A stretch of DNA of 64,000 bases, from positions 144,026,001-144,090,000 of the forward strand of contig OX597818.1 of NCBI GenBank assembly GCA_951406725.2, read 5' to 3'. Under the pieces are notes generated by a model that was not told the DNA's origin, made no database searches, and was given only the letters and a program-made list of their open reading frames with translations. Positions 27,862 to 41,920 of the stretch are shown piece after piece. Within the stretch, counting starts at the first letter, position 1, and every line of letters begins with the position of its first letter. The position numbers were made by a program, and so were the translations under genes. This DNA is from Octopus vulgaris (taxonomy: Eukaryota).

Positions 27862-28348
27862 TGTATGTGGAAGTTGATAGTGTCATAGTGGGTGTTTCAT
27901 ACATATGTATGTATGTGTGCGCGAGCGTGTGTATGAAACCCCACTTTTGCCTCGTCCCTCCCTCCTACCTTCGCATTTTGTTTCTTTCTAATTAGCATAT
28001 CTTTATTATCTTGCTGATAACATCGACAGGTTCTTAACAGTATTCTTTTTAGTTGTCGCGGAGACGAGCTAAAAGAGGATGAATGCAGTGTGAGATCACT
28101 TTGGAGTAATCGAGCCCTAGTGTTTGTGAGAGCATTTGTTTAGGAGAGGGTTGATAGGGTTCCTTAGTTATGTTTGGGTGGCTTGTGTACCCTCGCTATT
28201 GTTTAATGGGTATGTTTAGGAAAACAGTGCAATTGAAGTACGCTCTGAGAAAAATACTAGTTTTGACGGCGAACTTTATGTTGGTTTCCGACAAACTAAA
28301 TTTCCAGCAGCAATTTAATACACAACTAACCGCCATCCATATCACAGA

Positions 28349-28582
28349 TACCTATTTCTTTACTACCCACAAGGGGCTAAACACAGAGAGAACAAACAAA
28401 GACAGACAAACGGATTAAGTCGATTATATCGACCCGAGTGCGTAACTGGTACTTTATTTAATCGACCCCGAAAGGATGAAAGGCAAAGTCGACCTCGGCG
28501 GAATTTGAACTCAGAACGTAACGGCAGACGAAATACCGCAAAGCATTTCGCCCGGCGTGCTAACGTTTCTGCCAGCTCGCCG
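28349..28582 (-). mobile_element. tRNA-derived SINE with Meta-domain-like core
   Basis: Minus: ggcgagctggcagaaacgttagc...gagttcaaattcc...gcctttcatcctttcggggtcgat; near-identical to 56779-57008. Confidence 0.85.
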
Positions 28583-30606
28583 TTTAACCACTGCTGTCGA
28601 AGGACACGACAGGCTATCAAGGAAAGCTGTAAAGTCTACCATTTTCGTCCACCAGTGAATGCAAACAGTTGGCCAACTTGCTACTGAAAGACCTCATACA
28701 AATGTCAGCAATTGAATATCATGTAATTGTCAATGTCTCTAAAAAGTGAAATCATGACCTCGCTTCCACGTCCAACACTTTTTTTGCACCTTAGTTCTAA
28801 CAAAATAACTTTTGTGCTTTGTATCGCAGAAATGATTTAATATTATTTCCACCGCTATCACATAGAAGATCACGATCAGTTTTTTAATCGTGTCGTCCAA
28901 TCAACTTTCTAGATTCCCCTTTTCTGTATCGCTACTTCTTTGCTATACCCTATCCATTCTAATGTAATAGCTTTTTTTCAGCTTTTTCAGCAACAGTTGT
29001 TGTCGATCGCACCCTTAATTTTATATTTAACTAATTCGCTAGTCTGGTTGCTGTAGAAAATATCGACATCGTTGCCACCAAGTCATATTTTTAGGAGAGT
29101 GGAATAGTTGCTTCGTGATTTTAATTGTTAGAAGTCATCATGCTGTGTAACATTCGACAATAGCTTATTCTAACATAAGCAATGAAACTCGAGACTTCAC
29201 AAGTAAATTATGAAATCGCTATGCAATCGCTCGACCTGTTAGAAATGGCAGCTATATTTCAAATCATACTCTGTTCGCTTAAAATAGAAGTTCATTTAAT
29301 AATGTGGTCGCAGATAAACTATGGCTGAAGAAAGACTTAATGTTCAGGACTGAGTAGACCTATGGCTTGATAATATGTTTACTCTTTAAGGACGGACAAG
29401 AGGCTAAACAGCGAACTGAGGATTAAAGAGTGTTCATGACTTTCTCGAAAAGGATTATGTATATAAGCGAATTTGTTCCAAGTGAAAATCGAAACCGAGA
29501 CCATGGACTAACTATAGTGATATCCTATGATCGCAAGTTCCATAGGAGTGGAATAAATTGTTGTAGACAACGCCTAGAGCGCGGCTTTCCGACCTGTATG
29601 CCGCCATATTATATAGGTGTATTACAAAATTGTCCGAGACCACACTACTTTATGTCTGACTTATTCCATTCGCTGATTAAATTTAAATCATCGTTACCGA
29701 TTTCGGTCTTACTATTGGCTACATGACATTTAATTAATAAAAAATATCTATAACATCTCATTTTCAGCTTAAGTGCAGCCATCGAGAAAAGGTTGGAAAT
29801 TATTGGCCTAAGGACACAACAATTATTGGCCTAAGGACATACAAAACGCACGAGTGGCCGCTGCCGTTTCTATCCGGTCAATATAAAATTGCCTTTATTT
29901 TGTTACAATTCAATCTAAATGTGTCCTTTATTTTCATTGAACATGGTTAATGACACGTTCATGCCAGGCCACACACTTATATTGAATTATGGTAGGCTTA
30001 CAATACATTATATGCTACACCTTAAGGTAAAGTTTGGGCAAGTGATTTATAACATTAATCTTGTGGAGACTAGCATGAGCAGGTGACGATGAAACATAAT
30101 AGGGTAGCATTCAAACGGTCAAGTAGCTGACCCACGCAATGTTATAAAAATCTCAACAAATAAATGTATAAAAGCATGTCAATGGACACAGCTGACCTCG
30201 AGATTTTGGAGAGTAGTCCAAAGGTAACCGTAAATGACTGATCACAATATACACACGCACTAAGAAATATATTTAGTGACAGATTGTGGGTAAAGACGGT
30301 GGAGCGGGAAATGAAGTCAGGTAGAAAGTGGAAGAGGGAGACACGTTTCTGTTTGTACAAAGCTGTGCTGGGGGAGAATCGTTTCTGAGAAATGAACGAC
30401 CTAAACAATTGGCACTGCAATCAAGTTCAATCAATAATAATTACTTTAAAGTAGTAGTTATCAAACAGGAAGACGGGCGACATCAATTGAACTCGAGTGG
30501 GCTTGCAACAGACAGACGCAGACGTTGTCCAATCCAGCCAACGAACATTAACGGTCACTTTGGAATCTAGCAAATTTTACCTGACTACACTTCGAGATCT
30601 TCACTT

Positions 30607-30680
<74 letters not shown>

Positions 30681-30809
30681 AACTTTTTCCTCCACCCAAC
30701 TTCTATTTTTATACGCAGGTCACGTGCGGATCGCATGCCAGAATTATTAAAGCCCGCTTCGGATGACTATGACCGAGACGTTTTATTTAGAGAAGGAATA
30801 AAAAAAAAG

Positions 30810-30842
<33 letters not shown>

Positions 30843-31594
30843 GTATAACAGCAACAACACTAGCCGAAGAATATAAAAATGAAGGAAACAAAGAAATAAA
30901 CTAAGAGCTTTAGTTGACAAATAAGCAACCCAGCTGTCTTCAACCGCGAGCCTTTGTTATGCGGTCGCTGGCAACTGTCTTCCTAAGCATAGGGGTTATT
31001 ACATGTCTGATCGTAAAGAAGCGTTAGAGGCTCACATAAATATTGCATTCCTGTCCAAGCTATCACTTTCTATGAGCAAAGCGACACCTGAGAAAAGGAA
31101 GGGAGTCGGTAAGTGGTTCATGAAATGACTAACTCTTGTTAGCCTTTTCACTTATACATTGATACCAAACTAAAGTATTTAAACTAGCAAAATATATTCC
31201 CACGTAATTGGACAATTTTCTTTAAATATAGTTTCCACGACCAAAGGCATGTTGAAATTTATTGGTGGATCGAAGTGGACAGCAACTCTTTTTTTGCCTT
31301 TTTTTCTTTTAATCAATGGAATTAATATCTTCCATTAATGTGGTCCACCCAACTGGATATTCTGACTGTTTTCCGATATAAAAGAAGGGCTTAACGACTC
31401 TGAATACAACAAAAGAAGAGCCAAAGTGGAAGCCTTTATGTAGTCGCTTAGCTTGTTGGAAATAGGTCAAAATACTCTCAGACCAAAAACATTCGCCTTA
31501 AAAATTGGATATATCGTTCACTTTTCAAATATGTGGTCCCAGGTTCCAGCCCACTAGCGGAGCATCTTGGCCAAACAGAATATACGCATACCAT

Positions 31595-31635
<41 letters not shown>

Positions 31636-31638
<3 letters not shown>

Positions 31639-31799
31639 TGGCTGTGTGGTAAGTAGCTTGCTTACCAACCACATGGTTCCAAGTTCAGTCCCACTGCGCA
31701 GCACCTTGGGCAAGCGTCTTCTACTATAGCCTCGGGCCGACCAAAGCCTTGCGAGTGGATTTGATAGATGAAAACTGAAAGAAGCTCGTCGTGTGTGTA

Positions 31800-31851
<52 letters not shown>

Positions 31852-32010
31852 TCTCTCAACTTCCCCGTAACTTAATGGTTCGGCAAAAGAGCCGATAGAA
31901 TAAGTTCTAGGTTTACAATGAATAAGTCCTGGGGTCGATTTGCTCGACTAAAGGCGGTGCTCCGGCACGGTCACAGTCAAATGACTGAAACAAGTAAAAG
32001 AATAAAAGAA
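31636..32010 (+). mobile_element. OK-like SINE
   Basis: Matches 9917-10325 with a small internal deletion. Confidence 0.9.
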
Positions 32011-32026
32011 TATATATATATATATA

Positions 32027-32850
32027 TAGGGTGCGTAAGATATTTGAGGACAGATTTATGTTTATAAAAACAGATAATATCTTTATTTATCAAAAAATGC
32101 TATGGGAACGAGAATGGGCCCCAACTACGTGAACCTGTTCATTGACTATGTTGAGGCCCAAATATTCTCACAGTTCACTGGTTCCACTCCTGAACTATAT
32201 GGTCATTATATCGATGACTGTATCGAAATGACCTCACTCTCCCGCGAACATCTTGACTCCTTCCTCTTCTTTCTCCAATCCTTCCATCCTGCCCTCAAAT
32301 TATCCAGCTCTGTCTGTAACTCTTCTATCGAATTTTTTGACATTTCTGTCAGAATACACCATTCCACTCCCACCACCTTCATCCACTACAAACACACAAA
32401 CTCACATTCCTATCCACACCAAACTCTTCATCCCCTATTCTCAATTCCTCCGACTATACAGGCTCTGCAGTGACGACCATCACTTAGAGAGACCCAGTCT
32501 CAACTCATGGCCCACCACTTCACCCTACGTGGATATCCCCTCACCGTGTTTCAGCTCTTTCTCCTCGCACCCGTCTCCCCTCAACTATCACCCTCCACAC
32601 TACCCTTCCAATGCACCATTCTCCAAACCTTCCGATGACTCCAGTCTGATCCCTCCACTTCGCACCGCTTCCGTCACATCTTCATCCGTAGGAAATCGAC
32701 GACCTCGTAAATCCTCTTTGAGCGGTCCAAAGATATGATAGTCGGAAGGAGCGAGATCTGGGCTATAGGTAGGATGTTACAGCACCTCAAAACCCGATGT
32801 CTTGTTGGCCGTGTGTGAGCGTGCATTGTCATGCAACAACAAAACTACCT
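32027..32850 (-). mobile_element. Mariner remnant, interrupted by a Penelope fragment
   Basis: Minus translation HPTYSPDLAPSDY..FGPLKEDLRGRRF at 32680-32790. Confidence 0.7.
32100..32670 (+). mobile_element. Penelope-like RT fragment
   Basis: MGTRMGPNYxNLF, YIDD, FHPALK, FFDI, IPYSQFLRL. Confidence 0.85.
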
Positions 32851-32898
32851 TCGACTACAGGCTTACCCTCGTGTGTGTATATATACACATTACATATA

Positions 32899-32939
<41 letters not shown>

Positions 32940-32942
<3 letters not shown>

Positions 32943-33146
32943 TGGTGCATTTTAGAAAAACAAGTAAGGAGTCGATATCCTCTGAAGAATGGACAAAAAT
33001 TCCATTGGAAACAATTCAACCTTTGTACGAGTCCATACCTCGTAGAATTCAAGCTGTAATTACTGCCAAAGGCGGTCCTACCCCATATCAAAACAAATTT
33101 GTTTGAAATATTAAGGTGTTTCCATTATTTAGTGCAACCCCTGTAT
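32940..33146 (+). mobile_element. Tc1-like 3' end
   Basis: EEWTKIPLETIQPLYESIPRRIQAVITAKGGPTPY followed by a TIR ending acccctgta. Confidence 0.85.
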
Positions 33147-33150
33147 ATAA

Positions 33151-34320
33151 ACTAGGAATGCATCCCGGCGTTGCCTGGGTGTTATGATTTCCAGCGACAT
33201 TGTATTATTTGTTCCTTCCTTATGGGCAGAATTGGCACAGCTGATATATAGTGAATGGGATTACTGGCGTAATGGAAGTTACTGTTTGTTTAAAATTGAA
33301 GTGGCGGGGAGGATACAATTTGTTAGGGTTTGCATGAAAGTGCTTTCTGTTCTTAAAAAGGATCACAAACTATGTATTGTTTCATTGTATAAAAGGGGGT
33401 TAATATGATTTTGCCCAGAGATCAGATTTTCAAAGTTTTAATCCCCCACCCCCACTTCCCATTCAATTTCTTAATTTGTAAATTTTTTCGAATTTTTTTT
33501 ATTTATCTACGTAGAAAATAGAGATTACGAATCTGGGAAATATATTTATATATTTTTTAAAGTTTAATTTTCTCAAAGAAACACTCAATGCTCCTTCCTC
33601 CACCTCACCCACTCATCATCTATCCGCTTTCGAAAAGTAAAACCTCCCAATGTTTCACTTTCATCTGATGTTTCACGCATGCATAGAATTGTAGTGAAAT
33701 ATCAGGCGTAAAAAAATACCAGACCGCCACCAGAAAATCCAACATGCAAGAATTAAGAGGTAAACAACATTATTTCTGAAGAAACTTCCCCGCTTTCCAA
33801 AATGCGAAACATTGAGAATCTGTTGCTTTTTGAAAGTGGCGAGGTGATGGGTGGATATTTGGGAAGGAGATTTTAGTGTTCTTTAAAAAAAAAGAAAGAA
33901 ATTTCTTAAAGATTGTTTTTCTGTTTTTTCTCCGTAGATTACCAAGAAAAAAAAATTGGAAAAAAAGTGAAAAAAATTCAGAAATTGAGATGGGGAAGGA
34001 GAAAATTTAAATATTGAGAACGTGTGTTTTGGGGTGAAATCCTAATCTCCTGTATCGAAAACATAGGGAAAAATTTAGGGGAGGCAAATGTCACATCGGA
34101 CATGCTAGAAACAACAGGTAAAGGATAGGATTTCTGGGAAAACTTCCTTTTAAGTTTATATCGAAGATCAGGTTTTTAAATACGCTCATCACAAGCAAGA
34201 ATTACAGAATAGAAAAAAGGTCGTTTCAATTGGTATGTGTTGTCATGTATGTGTAAGTGGCACTCACTCGCTCTCTCTCACACACACACACATTGTCTTT
34301 CATATACACGTATATAAATA
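33151..34320 (-). mobile_element. Probable non-autonomous Helitron
   Basis: 3' terminus ctag..cccggcgttgcctggg at 33152-33180; extent of the 5' part uncertain. Confidence 0.45.
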
Positions 34321-34724
34321 CATATGCATACATCTTTTTGCATGTATGTGTGCGTGTGCATGTAAGAGAGAGTGTGAGTGACTGTATTTCCTCATAACAT
34401 AGAGAAATGGATGTCTTTTAAAGAAATTTGCTTTGATTGTGATTTATTTTAATACAATATTTATGCGTACATTTTCATAAATGCTCGTCTGAGAAGAATT
34501 CTACGCATGAGTGAAACATTAGAAGCAAATCGAAATATTGTCTGAACATGACCTCAAAATTGTGCAACCCGACCTCGTTTCTGAGGTTATTTTAGTAGTA
34601 AAAATGAGTTGTTGTGGCAAAACATAGTTTATTTGGTAGCTGAAAGATTACTGAATCTTTTGATGCCTCATACATCAAAATCGGTAACTCGGTTTTCGAA
34701 TCCAGAAGGAGCACACACAGACAA

Positions 34725-35500
34725 AGCACGCAGAGTCAAGCCGCTTGGCACAGATTGACCTTGAACTCTGCTGTGCATGCTCACTTAGTGTTAAAGTTCT
34801 AACTCACTGCCATTGTTTACAGCAGTGCTTCGAAGGAAGGTGCGTAGCGTGTGATCATTGCATTGACCATGACAGAGAAAGTTGACATGGCGATACCTGC
34901 TCAGAAGCCTACGTGCAGAAAATGTATGGAGGGGGGTGTATGAAACGCTCACAAGTGTACGAGTGGTTCAGACGTTTACAAGATGGCCGCAAAAATATCG
35001 ATATTGATGGATGTTCTGAAAGACCCACAACCAGCAGAATTAAGAAAAATATCGCAGATGTGCGTACAACTGTGAAGGGCAATCGTCGAATCAAAATCCG
35101 TGAGTTATCAGAGGATGTGCATATTAGTTACGGTTCAGTTCAGTCCATTATCACTGAAGACTTGGGTATGAGACGCGTGTCTGCCAAGTTTGAGCCCAGA
35201 CTGCTTTCAGCTGCACAAGATCGAGAATGATGAAAACTTTGCGTAGGCCTCTGAGCAGGTATCGCCAGCTCCTGGCAAAATTTGATGCAGATTCTCTGCT
35301 CAACTGTCTTTGTCATGATCAATGCAACGATCACACGGTACACACCTTCCTTCCAAGCACTGCTGTAAATAGCAGAAGTGAACTAGGACATTAAAACTTA
35401 CTGCGCATGCACACCAAAATTTAAGGTCAATCTGTGCCAAGCAGCTTTACACTGCGTATTTTGTTACACAGTCCAAGTACTTATTGATCAGACCACCTAT
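34725..35500. mobile_element. Fold-back mariner derivative with HTH transposase fragment
   Basis: ORF 34913-35230 VYEWFRR..DGR...SERPTTS...IRELSEDVHISYGSVQSIITEDLGMRRVSAKF; 34735-34912 is inverted at 35243-35445; TIR-like end at 35470-35500. Confidence 0.85.
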
Positions 35501-35654
35501 ATATGGGAAAATGTGTCGATCAAGAAGGACTTCAGTTCATTTTCATGTTTCATATTTAGATGTCTCTACTAAATTCATTCAGTTGTTAAACATAAATAAA
35601 TCTTGGAGTTAAGTGGTTTTGACTTACTGTGAGGTGACTTTTGGTCAACCTTGT

Positions 35655-35689
<35 letters not shown>

Positions 35690-37099
35690 TAGATATACAC
35701 ACACACACAAGCATGTGAATTTGGAAATTTAATTCCATTTCGTCTCAGCGAGATATATAATCACCGAGAGTGCACAACTCCACAGGTGATCAGTGTGTCA
35801 AGTATACTGCAACAAAGAACACAGAATAGTTTTACACGTAACCTGTGTATATTTGTATACATTGTTTGCGAAATCAGCAACGAGTTGCGTCCCTTCCCAT
35901 GCAAAAGCTTCATCATTTCGTTGGAAATTGAAAAAATATGTACTGAGATTGACGTCTTCGACTAAAAAAACTTTGATGGGATGGTCGTGGCTGGAATGCC
36001 TTTCATCAAAGACACTAGATGTGATCTTAAATAAATTGTTGAAAAATTATAGGGTGATATTTTAGCGTGTGGTCAACTGCAGTATTCTGTCTACGCTATG
36101 AAATTACTTTTAGCGTGGGGTCTACCCTTTCTTACCCTTTTACACTTTAGCGTGCGGTCTTCCTCCACTGTAAGAGTTTTATACTGCAGGATAATAAAAA
36201 CAAATTGAACAATGTTGAATAATGATTTATTAATAACTTACATTTAAGTTTTAATCAACGATACACACTTCATACATCATTTAGGAATGCCACAAACGAA
36301 TCGGCTGCATCTTTCCTCAAAATTTTCCAGCAAAAGCTCACTAACACCTCTCATTTTTTTTTAAATAGTTGTTTTGAAATCCAACCATGACCTCCCAACA
36401 GACTGAGTATGTGCTCCTGTCACATATTATCCGTTCCTTGTATCAGACCAACATATGTTCCTTGGTGATTTTGTGGCGTCCACTTTGTAAGGCTTTCCTA
36501 CAGACGTGTGCTCCACCTAGCTTTCAGAAAATTGTTTAAAATTTTATTTGACATTTTTCTCTGACCATGACATTTCCACCATAGTTACCCCTTTTTCTTC
36601 TTTTACCTCCTTTTCTACTTTCGTTAAAGTATCTTACAGCCAAATTTTAGTTCTATTGGTTATTGTTGAATTGTTCTTTCACTTTCATGAAACTTCAAAT
36701 GAAAGTTATCCAAAGAAAATTTATCAAGTTATGAACTTTTCCAGCTCTCCACCCCAGCCTCCGCTTGGATACAGAGTGGTGCTTGGGGGCGGGGTGGAAG
36801 ATACCTCATGTCAGCACCTGAACTCACTACACAATAATGTAAATATGCTGCAAAGAATGAAAGCATGGAAATTCGTCCTAACAATGCTTTATTCTGTAGT
36901 GATGAGTTTTTATCATGACAAGTTGACCGATTTACTTTCAGTTTAACTGTTTTAAAATAAGCCTGTTTTTTTTCATGCTAACATAAGAATTGTTAACAGC
37001 AAATGAGAGAATTGATAGCTGCCAACTGTTAAGTTGTAATTTCAATTTTGTATTTTTATTAATCATTCAATTTATTTCTTGCTTCTCACTACATTATAA

Positions 37100-38100
37100 T
37101 GAGCAAAGAAAAAGCAAAGTATTACCTGCTAAAAATTCCGAAAGGAATGACTTGAGATGTCAGTATTTGCCAAGAGGTTATATGAAGTACCTAGTGACCA
37201 ATCCAAAGCACATTGCAGATGCAATATGTTGGCAAAAATATTCTCTTTTAGTAAGCCACTGTGAAGCAAAGAAACATAAGACATCAACTCCACAGCAAAT
37301 GATTCCTCTTACCAATTTCATTAAAACCAAAAATAAGAAGAAATCTCTGCTTGAAACAAATTTAGCAATGTTATTTGTTGCTACTCATCATTTGATTTCA
37401 ATTGGCAACGTAGATGCAGGCCCTTTATCCGAGTGAACTATGGAATCATTTTCACATTCTCATTGGTAATAGAGTGTTTCTGCCACAACGCTGCACATAG
37501 AAATATCAACAGTCAGAGCCTTGTTTCAGACCAAAGGGTCATCAATTCTACATCCATGGTTCCTGTTATTTTGTACATCTATGTAATTTTCTTGAACAAG
37601 AGGAGCATTGTCACCATTTAGCAGTCTCCCACGATTGTATTTCCATCGATCAGCAAATCTTACCTCATCAATTTCAATGGCGTTGTTGCTTGTTGTCATT
37701 GAGAAATGATGGTTCCACGCACCTCTCTGCACATATTATACCAGTCATTTACCGTACTAGAAGACTTTCCTGTTAGAGTCACTGCTTTATTCACGGGTAT
37801 CTCCATTATGATAAAGGACACCAGCTCTAAAATCTCGCACAAACTCAAAATGAAAAAACGGTTACTTTTCCAAATAGAATACGGAGTTTGACACTCTTTT
37901 CAAGGACAGTGAAATATAGGTCAATATTCTCCACTTCTGTAACATTTTCGTTTTTCATGCATAACGCTACCACATCGATGACAAGGGTCTGCTTCTTATG
38001 ATGTATCCAGAAGATTGTTCTCTTATAAAAATACAACTGCTGTTTCCTCTGTAAAAATTATACGCCAATAGAAATCCTTTAACAGCATTGTAATGATTAA
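37100..38100 (-). mobile_element. Merlin/IS1595(ISXO2)-like transposase pseudogene
   Basis: Minus translation fragments CHRCG, IEIDE...KYNRGRLL, RIDDPLV, YFYVQR..RNTLLP, SIVHSD; many stops and frameshifts. Confidence 0.7.
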
Positions 38101-38339
38101 AATTAACTCAGGTTAAGAAGGTAAGAAAAGGTACACCACACGCTAAAGTAGCACCAATTAATCTCCGTACATGATTTCGGTTGTTTCATTAATAGATGGA
38201 AAGATAAAAGGTTTATCAAAATTATATCATAAAGCAAATAAGCTAACACAAACATAGTGAAAGTTTGAACTTGGAACAATGGCCATTCTTTGATTGGATT
38301 CAAAGAGCATCATCCAGGGATAATAGTTTTGTCATTACA

Positions 38340-38800
38340 GATTGTCTGTGAATGAACAGGAAAATTCAAAATTGGTCACACATCAAGAAAAGTCTGAGTC
38401 CCCGACCATATCTTGAGCTGATGACAACACTGAACATGTCCGTGAAATGGTTCTGCTGAAGACAGGGGACCACTGATGAAATGGCAAATAATTCAAAATT
38501 TGGTTATGTTTCTACCAATGAAATCATCCGCAAGTTTGTGCAATATGACATCTAAAGCAACTCACAGAATTGTACAAACAAAATTGTTTAGAAATCTGCC
38601 AACGATCATACTAATGAAGATGAGACTTTCAAAAAAAATCATCCCAACTGACAAAATATGGAAACATTATGATGAACTGGAGACTAGACGACAAAATACA
38701 GAACGTTGATATCCACAAAGATTCAACAGGAAAAGCTCGAAATTAAGCCATCAATAGGAAAGTGATGCTGAAAGGAATTAGGACTCACAAAGACCAGCAG
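38340..38800 (+). mobile_element. Highly decayed mariner remnant
   Basis: Fragments resembling mariner HTH and catalytic-region motifs (ggaaagtgatgctg; TWxHY-like). Confidence 0.35.
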
Positions 38801-39339
38801 ATCAACAGCAATCGTCAAAGAATTAAAGTAAACCTAGCAAAGATAAAGAAAAAAAAACTTACCAAGAAAGAATGAACTCTATAAAATGGCTGTGTTCAGT
38901 AGAAAGGAAAGGTTAAGTGGGAATTCTATACTGTATACGACATGTAAACTATAGGTGCTCAAGATACTGTGAGATAAGAGAAAGCTGAGAGAAAAGGACT
39001 TCGTATGTAGCAGATGTAAAATGTAATTAACTGAAAGACAATCTAAATATAAAAGTAATCAAATGTATGATGCAAGAGAAGGCTGCACAAGTATCGAAAT
39101 AACAGTTGGGTAAAGAATTCCAAATGATCCGATTGAAGGAACCTGTAGAATACAAAGAACACACAAGAAAAAAAACAAGTGAAGACTGTTCTAAGAGACT
39201 AAGCCTCAAGAAGGTGACAAAGGACTACAATAAGAGAGATGTTGTGCTAGAGAAAACCTACCTTCCTATGTAAGCATGTTAAAATAAATGTATAATGTTA
39301 AAATAAAGCATAAATGTAAAATAAATCGGAATCGAAATT

Positions 39340-39775
39340 GAACCAATCCTATGACTCGCACCCGGCAGATGCCAGGACCCCTGGACTGGAGATGCGTAAA
39401 AAGCACTATCCGAATCGTGGCCGATGCCAGCGCCACCTCGACTGGCTTCCGTGTCGGTGGCACGTAAAAAGCACCATCCGAATCGTGGCCGAAGCCAGTG
39501 CCGCCTCGACTGGCTTCCGTGCAGGTGGCACGTAAAATGCGCCAATCCGTCCGTGGCCGATGCCAGCCTCGCCTGGCACCAGTGCAGGTGGCACGTAAAA
39601 AGCACCCACTACACTCTCGGAGTGGTTGGCGTTAGGAAGGGCATCCAGCTGTAGAAACATTGCCAGATAAGACCGGAGCCTGGTGCAGCCTTCTGGCTTC
39701 CCAGATCCCCGGTCGAACCGTCCAACCCATGCTAGCATGGAGAACGGACGTTAAATGATGATGATGAATGATGAT
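39340..39775 (+). mobile_element. RTE-tail-type non-autonomous retroelement with internal ~60 bp tandem repeats
   Basis: ggcacgtaaaaagcacc repeated about 4 times; tail tggcgttaggaagggcatccagc...gacgttaaa(TGA)n; related copy at 41470-41920. Confidence 0.8.
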
Positions 39776-40140
39776 CTGCAACAGACTTTAACACAAAACT
39801 TATAATCTGATAATCCAAGACCATTTTCAATCTGCTTTACATGGATCAGTTAGATTAGCTCAAAAATTACTCAGTCTACCAAACTGAAAATAGACATTAC
39901 ATGTAGTTCAAGACCAAAGAAAAAAAATGAGTGGTTTGTCAGAGTTCAAATCCTACTATAAAAATATGAAAAGGGTTTTCACTAGTGCTCCTTATGGCTC
40001 CACAGAATTAAACTAATGACAAGGCAATGTATTAAACAAGGCAAAAATGTAGAGCGATCAAAACAAAAGCTATATAAAATGGAAAAAAATATCAACTTCT
40101 TGTGATCACACTACATGTGTTTTTAAATTAATCTTGAAAA

Positions 40141-40650
40141 TCTATATATATAAAACTGTAGTTGTGCGAGTGTCTGTCCCCTTCGATTTAGATTCCTAAC
40201 GACTCCCACATTTTGCGGTGCAGTTTAACCAAATTCGGGTATCTTATAGTCGTGATTCATATTGAGCCCGTCTGAGTATTAGCGCGCGTCTACAATGAGT
40301 CTACAATTTAAAAAATAATTTAACATTTTTTATTCCATTTTAATGCATAATTTTTCATGTGTCGATGGCGGCGGAGTTGGCATCCACGCTCACACCTGCA
40401 CCTGTTTGCTTCTGCCCCTTCTTCCCTCCCTCGTGAAGCTGTGGGGAAGGGAGTGTAAGGAAATCAACGTCGTAAAGCGTTGTCAAGGAGACCAGCGTTC
40501 TTTTAGAACAACGACTTCATGGCTTGAAGACACCAAAACAGAAATGGCTAAGAAAGCCCGAATTGGCATCTATAAGGGAAGTAACTCTCTAAAAATGCTT
40601 ATATAGTTATTTCCCTTACAAACCCGAGCAACGCCGGGCGATACTGCTAG
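40141..40650 (+). mobile_element. Complete non-autonomous Helitron
   Basis: A^TCTATATATA start; cccgagcaacgccggg hairpin; CTAG^T end. Confidence 0.85.
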
Positions 40651-41121
40651 TAATCAATAATTTGAAAATATTTGGTAAAGTATCTTCGTTATCAATAAGT
40701 TGGTGCTTGGAACTCCTCTCATAGAATCAGCAGCCGGTTTGGAGTAAAATGATAGCAAAAGAACACACACATCAACAATACACACATTTTTTAATCATCA
40801 TAATCTCTATACTTATAAAAGGCAAAGTTTGTTTGTACGTCGACTGTTGAAAACATTAATAATCGATATTCCAGGTTTTCCATGTCCTTTAAATTAATTT
40901 GACCATTCTGCAGATAACTGTGCACTTATTTTCTGAAAACAGGAGGCTGAGTTGGTGGTAATGGTTCCTACTTCTGGTAATCCACATACTATCTATTTCA
41001 TTGTAATGTCTATATCTATCTATACCCTTATAAAAAGCAAAGTTTGTTTGTTTGCACATTGACCAGTGAAAACACTACATAAAATAAAACTGATAATACT
41101 TTCTTACATATAGGCTATACC

Positions 41122-41409
41122 TACACAAGAGTGCTGCACCCATTTTCTTTTTCATAACTTTACCAAAAATGGATACTTTTAAATAAAATTTTCTACAAAT
41201 ATGCTTCTAATAGTGTAAATTCCAACAACATTGGAATTTGTTGTGAAAAGCCAAATCATTTCAATTTTGTGAAACTGTTTTCCTAACTTGCAGAAAATGT
41301 TTTACACAACAAATTCCAAAATAATTGGAATGTTTTTGTATAAAATTTCATTAAAAATATACATTTTTCTGAAAGTTACAAAACAAATTCTGTGGGGCAC
41401 AGTTGTGTA
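41122..41409. mobile_element. Tc1/mariner-like MITE with long imperfect TIRs
   Basis: ta-cacaagagtgc..cataacttt..aaaaatgga..taaaattttctacaaa mirrored by the 3' end ..gcacagttgtg-ta; TA at both ends. Confidence 0.65.
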
Positions 41410-41469
41410 GTTATGGCCGTAAAAGAAAAGTTTTGTTTTATATATATATATATATATACACATGATAAC

Positions 41470-41920
41470 TGGCATCCGTGCTATTGGAGCGCTAAGAGTA
41501 CCATACGAGTGAGATCGTTGCCAGAGCAGCAAGCTGGCCTCCGAGCCGATGGCACATTAAAAACACCATTCGAGTGTGATCACTACCTGCGTTGCCTTAC
41601 TTGTGCTGGTGGCACATGAAAAAACATTCGAGTGAGGTCGTTGCCAGTGCCGCTGGAGACTGGCTCCTATGCAGGTGGCACATAAAAAGCACCATTTGAG
41701 CGTGGCCATTGCCAGTACCGCCTGACTGGCTCTCGTGCCGGTGGCACGTTAAAGCACCCACTAAACTCTCGGAGTGGTTGGCGTTAGGAAGGGCAACCAG
41801 CTGTAGAAACTCTGCCAAATCAGATTGGAGTCTGATGCAGCCATCTGGTTCACCAGACCTCAGTCAAATCGTCCAACCCATGCTGGCATGGAAAGCAGAC
41901 ATTAAACGATGATGATGATG
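41470..41920 (+). mobile_element. RTE-tail-type retroelement, copy 2
   Basis: Same tail and internal repeats as 39340-39775; ends in (GAT)n. Confidence 0.8.
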
